Shown piece by piece: positions 1 to 7,150 of a DNA stretch of 64,000 bases. The notes beneath the pieces were generated by a model. The model was given only the letters and a program-made list of their open reading frames with translations, did no database searches and had not been told where the DNA came from. Each line of letters starts with the position of its first letter. Positions within the stretch are counted from its first letter, which is position 1. Origin of the DNA: an uncultured Actinomycetota bacterium. GTDB taxonomy: Bacteria > Actinomycetota > Actinomycetes > Actinomycetales > Kineosporiaceae. The DNA lies in the NCBI GenBank assembly GCA_963784535.1, contig CAWARR010000006.1, positions 1-64,000 of the forward strand, read 5' to 3'. The translations under genes and the position numbers were made by a program.

Positions 1-205
1 CTTCCGGGACGAGGACGGCGACCACCACCTGATCCGTTGGAAGGACTGCGTGGGTGTCGGCGTCGACGGGGACCTGCGCCTGGTCACCGGCCGGCACCGC
101 TGCCATGTGCCGGTCGACCCCTCCGACTGGCGCGGCGGTCATCGCGCGCTGGCGGCGCTGCAGAGCAACCTGCCGCCCGAGCTGTTCTATCCGGCGGGTG
201 GCTGA
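1..205 (+). CDS. 3' end of an unidentified protein-coding gene (C-terminal ~68 aa; start is upstream of the window)
   Basis: Frame 2 reads FRDEDGDHHLIRWKDCVGVGVDGDLRLVTGRH...LPPELFYPAGG with no stop until TGA at 203-205; protein-like composition; absent from ORF track only because no start lies inside window. Confidence 0.4.
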   Translation, partial: FRDEDGDHHLIRWKDCVGVGVDGDLRLVTGRHRCHVPVDPSDWRGGHRALAALQSNLPPELFYPAGG

Positions 206-244
206 CAGCTGCCGATCCGGCAGCCGGGCCGCTAGCGTGGCCGG

Positions 245-614
245 GTGATCGTCGTCACCCGCTACCGAGTTCCGGCCGCCGCGGAGTCGCCGAATTCCTG
301 CAGGCCGCCGCCAGGCCCTGGAGGCGTTCGTCGCGCGCCCGGGCTGCACCGGTGGGCAGCTCGGGCGCGCGGTCGACGAGCCGACGCTGTGGCTGCTGTC
401 CACCAGCTGGGAGTCGGTGGGCAGCTATCGCCGGGCGCTGTCCTGCACCGAGGTCAAGCTCGCCGCGCTGCCCGTGATGTACCGCGCGCTGGATGAGCCC
501 TCCGCCTTCGAGGAACTGCGCACCTGGTCGCCGCAGGCGGGCGTGGTCTCCCATGAGACCCTCCTCGCCGCCGCGCCCAGCCTGGTGGCCGAGCCCCCGG
601 CGCCCGACCGGTAA
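245..614 (+). CDS. Antibiotic-biosynthesis-monooxygenase (ABM) domain protein, apparently frameshifted twice near 285-320
   Basis: GTG start MIVVTRYRVPAAAE (frame 2), then AEFLQAAA (frame 1), then QALEAFVARPGCTGGQLGRAVDEPTLWLLSTSWESVGSYRRALS...EEL (frame 3) together recapitulate a typical ~110 aa ABM fold protein; the shifts sit at short G/C runs. Confidence 0.5.
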
Positions 615-702
615 CCTGGTCGTTCCGATGCCGTCGCGCCGTCGTGGCCCAGGGCCGCCGCCGACGCCGAACCCGCCGACACCCAGCCGGATGGAGTGAC
701 CC

Positions 703-2101
703 GTGGCCACCAAGCCGTCGTCCGAGGCCCGCCTCGAGGCAGTCGTCAACCTCGCCAAGCGCCGGGGCTTCGTCTACCCGTCGGGGAGATCTACGGCGGC
801 ACCCGCTCGGCCTGGGACTACGGGCCGCTCGGCGTCGAGCTCAAGGAGAACATCAAGCGGCAGTGGTGGCGGGCGATGGTCACGCTCCCGCGACGACATC
901 GTCGGCCTGGACTCCTCGGTGATCCTGCCGCGCCAGGTCTGGGTCGCCTCCGGGCACGTCGCGGCGTTCGTCGACCCGCTGGTCGAGTGCCAGTCGTGCC
1001 ACAAGCGCTTCCGCGCGGACCACCTGGAGGAGGAGTACGCCGAGAAGAAGGGCGCGCACCGGCGAACGGCCTGGCCGACATCGCCTGCCCGAACTGCGGC
1101 ACCCGCGGGGCCTGGACCGAGCCGCAAGAGTTCAACGGCCTGCTGAAGACCTACCTCGGCCCGGTCGAGGACGAGTCCGGCCTGCACTACCTGCGGCCCG
1201 AGACCGCGCAGGGCATCTTCGTGAACTTCCCCAACGTGATGAGCTCCTCCCGCAAGAAGCCGCCGTTCGGCATCGCGCAGATCGGCAAGTCCTTCCGCAA
1301 CGAGATCACCCCCGGCAACTTCATCTTCCGCACCCGCGAGTTCGAGCAGATGGAGATGGAGTTCTTCGTCGAGCCCGGCACCGACGAGGAGTGGCACCAG
1401 TACTGGATCGACACCCGCACCGACTGGTACGTGGACCTGGGCATCGCGCGGGAGAACCTGCGCCACTTCGAGCACCCCAAGGAGAAGCTGTCGCACTACT
1501 CCAAGCGCACCGTGGACATCGAGTACCGGTTCGGCTTCTCCGGGCAGCGAGTGGGGCGAGCTCGAAGGCATCGCCAACCGCACCGACTTCGACCTGAACA
1601 CCCACTCCGAGCACTCCGGCGTCGACCTGTCCTACTTCGACCAGGAGCGGGGTGAACGCTGGGTGCCGTACGTGATCGAGCCGGCGGCCGGGCTGACCCG
1701 CTCGATGATGGCCTTCCTGGTCGAGGCCTACGCCGAGGACGAGGCGCCCAACACCAAGGGCGGCGTGGACAAGCCGCACCGTGCTGCGGCTCGACCCGCG
1801 GCTGGCGCCGGTCAAGGCGGCGGTGCTGCCGCTGTCCCGCAACGCAGGACCTCTCGCCGATGGCCCGGGACCTGGCGGCTGAGCTGCGCAAGCCTGGAAC
1901 GTCGAGTTCGACGACGCCGGCGCGATCGGCCGCCGCTACCGCCGGCAGGACGAGATCGGCACCCCGTTCTGCATCACCGTGGACTTCGACACCCTGACGA
2001 CCAGGCGGTGACCATCCGGGAGCGCGATTCGATGACGCCAGGAGCGGGTGGCGCTGAGCGACGTCGTCGGCTGGCTCGCCGCCCGCCTCGTCGGCTGCTG
2101 A
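703..2101 (+). CDS. glyQS: Glycine--tRNA ligase (class II, dimeric GlyQS type), reading frame interrupted about 8 times in this assembly
   Basis: Conserved GlyRS blocks spread over three frames: [18 protein letters not shown] / [34 protein letters not shown] / [53 protein letters not shown] / ...[38 protein letters not shown]... / [36 protein letters not shown] / ...[25 protein letters not shown]...; the shift at 783-786 is a G-run one base short. Confidence 0.85.
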
Positions 2102-2107
2102 CCTTTT

Positions 2108-2217
2108 GGGCACGGTGTGACACCGTGCCCACGTGGCGGGCACGGTGTCACACCGTGCCCAATCGGATTGGGCATGACGTCACTCACGGTGCACCGTTGC
2201 TGGAGTGACGCCGTGCC
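2108..2217. repeat. Cluster of three hairpin-forming palindromic units (GGGCACGGTGT-S-ACACCGTGCCC; unit 3 degenerate with longer loop) immediately 3' of glyQS and 3' of the DUF559 gene
   Basis: U1 2108-2130 gggcacggtgtgacaccgtgccc and U2 2138-2160 gggcacggtgtcacaccgtgccc are perfect 11-bp-arm palindromes; U3 2170-2217 ggcatgacgtcactc...gagtgacgccgtgcc. The same unit recurs at 3686-3738. Confidence 0.8.
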
Positions 2218-2302
2218 AAGGGCAGGCGACGCGGCTGGCTGTCCTGCAGTTCGTCGGTCCGTACGCGGCGCATCCGCGCGCAACGACTGCGGGGACGTTC
2301 GG

Positions 2303-3268
2303 TCAGGCAGCCTGCCGACTCGCCACGATGCCCTCGGGGGCTGGGCGCCGTGACGCCACGTCGAGGAAGGCCCGGAGCTGGGACGCGAAGCCTTCCGGAT
2401 CGTCGAGTATCTCGGCGGGGGTGAAGGCGATGACCAGGACGCCGGCGATCGTCAGGAGACGTTCGCGGGCCTTCGTCCGCCGGTAAGACCGGGGACTGAG
2501 ATGCCAGGCAAGGGAGTCGATTTCCATGGCCGCCGCCAGCAACGGCCAGTAGGCATCAGGAGTGCAGAAGTGGGTCCCGTCCGCGAGGCGCAGTTCCACG
2601 TTCCACAGCGGTTCCGACACGCCGGTCCGGTGCATGACGTCGCGGGCCTTGGCCTCCGCCACGGATCGAATGCCGGCGTCGACCTCGGCCAACACAAGCC
2701 GGGGAAGGGCAGTGCGTTGCCGGGCGGCGGCGCGGGTTTCGGCCTGCAACTCGCTGACGCGGCAGTGCCGGCGTTGCACCAAGTCAGCGATCAACCGGCG
2801 GACCTCATCCAGGTCGCGCAGCGCCCGGCAGGCATCGATCGCGGCGCGCTCCACCGGCGCGTACGGGATACCCTGCCTCAGCACGGGCGCAGGCAGGCGG
2901 CGAGTTCGTTCCACCCGCACGTAGTCGAAGGACTTGCGTTGCCGGTTCACGGGTACCAGCACCTGGACGGTGCGTTCGGTGGGCGCCGTGCTGGCTGCCT
3001 GGCCCTGCAGTGCGTCTGCCCCCGTGATCACGGCGCCGACGCCGCCGAACAGCAATGCGCCGAGCAGGCGTTCACGTCGGGTCGGTCTGCCGCGATGGGC
3101 GAGAACCACTCCCGGCAGCAGGCGTTGCCATCGTCCGCGAGGCCCGATCCACCGGGTGATCGTGGACGACGAGAGGCCGAGCTGGCGTAGCTGAGCGTGC
3201 GTCATGACCCGCTCGTGAGCACGCACGGCGTCATCGACCGCCACCCAGTCGACTCTGTGCCTTGCCAT
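2303..3268 (-). CDS. DUF559 (Vsr-like endonuclease fold) protein with AbiEi-like N-terminal HTH domain
   Basis: 321-aa ORF; N-terminus MARHRVDWVAVDDAVRAHERVMTHAQLRQLGLSSSTITRWIGPRGRWQRL and C-terminal DAYWPLLAAAMEIDSLAWHLSPRSYRRTKARERLLTIAGVLVIAFTPAEIL match the multi-copy actinobacterial DUF559 family. Confidence 0.7.
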   Translation of the reverse strand: MARHRVDWVAVDDAVRAHERVMTHAQLRQLGLSSSTITRWIGPRGRWQRLLPGVVLAHRGRPTRRERLLGALLFGGVGAVITGADALQGQAASTAPTERTVQVLVPVNRQRKSFDYVRVERTRRLPAPVLRQGIPYAPVERAAIDACRALRDLDEVRRLIADLVQRRHCRVSELQAETRAAARQRTALPRLVLAEVDAGIRSVAEAKARDVMHRTGVSEPLWNVELRLADGTHFCTPDAYWPLLAAAMEIDSLAWHLSPRSYRRTKARERLLTIAGVLVIAFTPAEILDDPEGFASQLRAFLDVASRRPAPEGIVASRQAA

Positions 3269-3385
3269 CTACCGATGGTCAGGCCCCGACGCCGGGACGT
3301 CGGTCGAGGCGGATCGGCCGGTGGACGACGTGGCGTCCGCAACGGCTGTGGACGGAACGAGCTCGCGGATCCGATCAAACCCCAC

Positions 3386-3635
3386 CAGGCAGGGCGAGGC
3401 AGGGCGAGGCAGGGCGAGGCAGGGCGAGGCAGGGCGAGGCAGGGCGAGGCAGGGCGAGGCAGGGCGAGGCAGGGCGAGGCAGGGCGAGGCAGGGCGAGGC
3501 AGGGCGAGGCAGGGCGAGGCAGGGCGAGGCAGGGCGAGGCAGGGCGAGGCAGGGCGAGGCAGGGCGAGGCAGGGCGAGGCAGGGCGAGGCAGGGCGAGGC
3601 AGGGCGAGGCAGGGCGAGGCAGGGCGAGGCAGGGC
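3386..3635. repeat. Perfect tandem repeat, 10-bp unit AGGGCGAGGC x 25 (G-rich strand = plus strand)
   Basis: Sequence lines 3421-3600 are exact iterations of agggcgaggc; zero mismatches visible; lies ~120 bp upstream of the DUF559 start codon (minus strand). Confidence 0.95.
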
Positions 3636-3685
3636 CAGATCACGGGACACGCCGCGGCGGTGTGCGGCGCCACGACCTATCCGAA

Positions 3686-3738
3686 TGGGCACGGTGTCAC
3701 ACCGCGCTCACCTGCCGGGCACCGTGTGACACCGTGCC
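3686..3738. repeat. Two further copies of the 23-bp palindromic unit (gggcacggtgtcacaccg..., gggcaccgtgtgacaccgtgccc) closing the glyQS-dus intergenic module
   Basis: Near-identical to units at 2108-2160; together they bracket the DUF559 gene and the 10-bp array. Confidence 0.8.
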
Positions 3739-3792
3739 CAAGGGCGGGAACTCGGCGCAAGGTCACCGACCGGCCGACGCTCACGCGGGCCG

Positions 3793-5042
3793 ATGTGCTG
3801 GACCTGGCCACGAGTACGGCCTGAGACACTGAGCGGCGTGACGCTGCGGATCGGCAGGTACGAGCTGGCAACCCCGGTGGTGCTGGCTCCGATGGCGGGC
3901 ATCACGAATCAGGCATTCCGCCGGTTGTGCCGCGAGCATGCCGGCCCGGGCGGCGGCATCTACGTCAGCGAGATGGTCACCTCTCGCGCCCTGGTCGAAC
4001 GCAATGCGGAGTCGCTGCGCCTGATCGCCCACGACCCGGACGAGCATCCGCGCAGCGTCCAGCTGTACGGCGTCGACCCGGAAACCGTCGGTGCCGCCGT
4101 CCGGATGCTCGTCGAGGAGGACCGGGCCGATCACATCGACCTGAACTTCGGCTGCCCGGTCGCCCAAGGTGACCCGCAAGGGTGGCGGTGCGGCGCTGCC
4201 GTGGAAGTCGGGACTGTTCGCCGCCATCGTGCGGGCAGGCGGTGCGGGCCGCCGGCGCCCGCGGCGTCCCGGTCACGGTCAAGATGCGCAAGGGCATCGA
4301 CGCGGAGCACCTCACCTTCCTCGAGGCCGGCCGGATCGCGGCGGCCGAGGGTGCCGCGGCGATCGCGCTGCACGCCCGCACGGCCGCCGAGCTACTACTC
4401 CGGCACCGCCGACTGGGCGGCGATCGCGCGGCTGAAGGAAGCCGTGACCGACATCCCGGTGCTCGGGCAACGGGGACATCTGGTCCGGCGACGACGCGGT
4501 GCGGATGATGCGGCAGACCGGGTGCGACGGAGTTGTGGTCGGGCGTGGCTGCCTCGGCCGACCCTGGCTGTTCGCGGATCTGACGGCGGCCTTCAGCGGT
4601 GACCCCGCCCGGGCCCGGCCGACCCTGGGCACGGTGCTCGGCGACGCTGCGCCGGCACACCGAACTGCTGGTCGAGCACTACGCAGCGGCCGGCCGGACC
4701 GGGCCCGCCGACCGGGCGACGGCGCAGGATCGGGCGCGTGCGGAGGATCGGGCCTGCCGGGACATCCGCAAGCACATCGCCTGGTACCTCAAGGGTTACT
4801 CGGTTGGTCACGAGGTGCGGCTGGGGTTGGCGCATGTCGAGACGCTGGCCGGGCTGGACGCCGTGGTGGCGGGGCTGGACGCCGACCAGCCGTACCCGGG
4901 CGATCGCGCCGAGGGGCCGCGCGGGCGGACCGGCAGTTCCCGACCGGTCGTCGCTGCCCGACGGGTGGCTGGCCGACCGCAGCTCGACGCGCTGGCCGCC
5001 GCAGAGGTGCTCGGTGCAGAGCTGTCGGTGTCCGGTGGGTGA
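3793..5042 (+). CDS. dus: tRNA-dihydrouridine synthase (Dus family), frame interrupted several times; likely start GTG 3838
   Basis: LRIGRYELATPVVLAPMAGITNQAFRRLCREHA...SEMVTSRAL...DLNFGCPV / VTRKGGGAALPWKSGLFAAIVRA / VPVTVKMRKGIDAEHLTFLEAGRIAAAEGAAAIALHART / DGVVVGRGCLGRPWLFADL / ...IRKHIAWYLKGYSVGHEVR found in 4 different frames; stop TGA 5040-5042. Confidence 0.8.
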
Positions 5043-5047
5043 GCGAG

Positions 5048-6301
5048 ATGCGCTTCGATGCCGACCCGTACAGCGCGCGTGATCGTGCCCGCTGGGTTGT
5101 CGAGCCGCCGAAGGACCCGCGACGGGGCGAGTTCGCCCGCGACCGGGCCCGGGTGGTGCACTCCTCGGCACTGCGCAGGCTGGCAGCCAAGACGCAGGTC
5201 GTCGGCCCCGGCACCGACGACTTCGTCCGTAACCGGCTCACCCACAGCCTCGAGGTGGCGCAGGTGGGCCGGGAGCTGGGCGCCGCCCTGGGCTGCGACC
5301 CGGACGTCGTGGACACCGCCTGCCTGGCGCACGACCTCGGCCACCCGCCGTTCGGACACAACGGTGAGCAGGCGCTGGATGCGTTGGCGGCCGGCATCGG
5401 CGGCTTCGAGGGCAATGCCCAGACGCTGCGCGTGCTCACCCGGCTCGAACCGAAGGTGCTCGCACCCGCGCACCGGTCGGGGGGTGGGGCTCAACCTCAC
5501 CCGGGCGAGCCTGGACGCGACGGCCAAGTACCCGTGGGCGCGGGGGCGGCGGCCCGCCGGGGGCCGGCGCGGGGAAGTTCGGCGCCTACGTCGACGACCT
5601 GCCGGTCTTCGGCTGGCTGCGCGGAGGGGGCTCCGGACGGTCGGCGCTGCCTGGAGGCGCAGGTGATGGACCTCGCCGACGATGTCGGCTACTGCGTCCA
5701 TGACGTCGAGGACGCCGTGGTGGGCGGTCACCTCGACCCGCGGGAGCTTGCCTCGGAGGAGGCGGTGCAGCGGGTGGCGGAGCAGGTCAGGTCCTGGTAC
5801 CTGGCCGATGTCGGCGCCGGGGAGGTGGCCGCGGCGCTGGCCCGGCTGCGCGGGCTTCCCGGGTGGGTCGGGCAGTTCGACGGCACCCACCGCGGGCTCG
5901 CCGGGCTGAAGGACATGACCAGCCAGCTGATCGGCCGCTTCACCCGCGCCGTGGAGCGGGCCACCCGGGAGCGGTACGGGCCGGGCAGGCTCACCCGGTA
6001 TGCGGCCGACCTCGTGGTGCCGCCGCACACGGGTGTCGAGATCGCCGCGTTGAAGGGGGTCGCCGCGGTGTACGTGATGACCGTGGACGCCCGGCAACCC
6101 GAGTACGTCCGCCAGCGCGCAGTGCTCGGCGAGCTGGTCGGCGCGCTGCAGGAGGGCGGCCCCGACCTGCTCGAACCGGCGTTCGCCGCCAGCTGGAAGG
6201 AGTCCGGCGACGACGACGCCCGGCTGCGCGTGGTGGTGGACCAGGTGGCCTCGCTCACCGACGGCAGCGCGCGAGCCTGGCACCGGCGGTTGGTGCGCTG
6301 A
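5048..6301 (+). CDS. dgt: dGTP triphosphohydrolase-like HD-domain protein (Dgt), 1-2 local frameshifts around 5470-5640
   Basis: MRFDADPYSARDRARWVVEPPK...RVVHSSALRRLAAKTQV...FVRNRLTHSLEVAQVGRELG...CLAHDLGHPPFGHNGE; C-terminal half ...DLADDVGYCVHDVEDAV...RLVR* in same long ORF. Confidence 0.85.
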   Translation: MRFDADPYSARDRARWVVEPPKDPRRGEFARDRARVVHSSALRRLAAKTQVVGPGTDDFVRNRLTHSLEVAQVGRELGAALGCDPDVVDTACLAHDLGHPPFGHNGEQALDALAAGIGGFEGNAQTLRVLTRLEPKVLAPAHRSGGGAQPHPGEPGRDGQVPVGAGAAARRGPARGSSAPTSTTCRSSAGCAEGAPDGRRCLEAQVMDLADDVGYCVHDVEDAVVGGHLDPRELASEEAVQRVAEQVRSWYLADVGAGEVAAALARLRGLPGWVGQFDGTHRGLAGLKDMTSQLIGRFTRAVERATRERYGPGRLTRYAADLVVPPHTGVEIAALKGVAAVYVMTVDARQPEYVRQRAVLGELVGALQEGGPDLLEPAFAASWKESGDDDARLRVVVDQVASLTDGSARAWHRRLVR

Positions 6302-6337
6302 GCGCGCCGGCACCGGCGGTTGGTGCGGCCGGCCCGT

Positions 6338-6973
6338 TCAGCGGCTGCGGACCGGCTGGCGCAGCACGGTCCGCAACCGCTCCGGGGCGCTGCGGCGGGG
6401 GTCGCTGAGGTAGATCTCGTGGTGCGTCCCGGACCGGAGGAGGCCCTGGTCGGCGATGAAGGCGTGCAGCCGCTCGATGGTCGGCCCCTCGGCCGAGTAG
6501 GGCCCGGTGTACCCGACCTGGGCGCAGCGGCCCTCCTCCAGCCGTTCCAGCCGGAGCGCGGACAGGGCCCGCTCCGGCGCCTTCGCCGCGGCGGTGGTGA
6601 CCGCCTGCCCGACCAGCTCGGCGGTGATCTCCGCCGGCTGCATGATCATGGCTGTCCAGCGCCAACCGGTCCGGTCGCCGGCGGCGAAGGACGACATGTC
6701 CTCCGCCCACCACAGGCCTTCCAGCGGCATCACCGCGAGGTCGGTGCCGAATGCCCGGCGGGCGGCGAACTTCGCCGCGTAGGCCACCGTGAACAGCGCC
6801 TGGATCGCCTCGGCGTACTCCGGCGCGGTGTTCGGGTCGCCGCGGCCGTCGATCATCAGGTAGGTCAGCGGCGGCACCTCCGCCAGCACCGGGCGGGCGC
6901 CCGGGGAGTACAACGGGCGCAGGACGCGCCGGTAGTCGATGCGTGCGGGCCCGCGGGCCGTGATCTCGTTCAT
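6338..6973 (-). CDS. GyrI-like small-molecule-binding domain protein
   Basis: 211 aa; ...LEGLWWAEDM...GRCAQVGYTGPYSAEGPTIERLHAFIADQGL...HHEIYLSDPRR matches GyrI-like/AraC-effector-binding fold. Confidence 0.6.
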   Translation of the reverse strand: MNEITARGPARIDYRRVLRPLYSPGARPVLAEVPPLTYLMIDGRGDPNTAPEYAEAIQALFTVAYAAKFAARRAFGTDLAVMPLEGLWWAEDMSSFAAGDRTGWRWTAMIMQPAEITAELVGQAVTTAAAKAPERALSALRLERLEEGRCAQVGYTGPYSAEGPTIERLHAFIADQGLLRSGTHHEIYLSDPRRSAPERLRTVLRQPVRSR

Positions 6974-7150
6974 CGCAACCTCCTGCAGGCCACTGTGCGA
7001 CCTCGCCCGAGGGGAGGATCAAGGCCTCACCTCCCGCTCCTGGCCGGCGGTCCGGGCTGCGCACCAAGGTCGCCCGGCCGCCGGCCGGGCGGGCGCCCCG
7101 CGCACAGGGCGCCCGCCCGGCACGGCCTGATCGACCGCTTCGGGTGCCGG

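Noticed and set aside
703-2101. Programmed ribosomal frameshifting or genuine pseudogenisation as explanation for the fragmented glyQS/dus/aceE
   Set aside because: Too many shifts per gene and no slippery-site or stimulatory structure at the junctions. The one junction checked by hand (783-786) is a homopolymer-length change, and essential single-copy genes make real decay implausible. Sequencing error is the parsimonious reading.
3386-3635. CRISPR array
   Set aside because: Units are contiguous 10-bp repeats with no spacers; no cas genes anywhere in the window. The same holds for the 18-bp repeat at 43612-43858, which is in-frame coding.
3197-3871. Several ORFs on both strands reading through the 10-bp tandem array (GEAGRGRARQ..., PRPASPCLAL... 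repeats) and through the palindromic units ([16 protein letters not shown])
   Set aside because: Periodic peptides are simply the repeat translated; the unit is not a multiple of 3, there is no start/RBS context, and they overlap the DUF559 start on the other strand.
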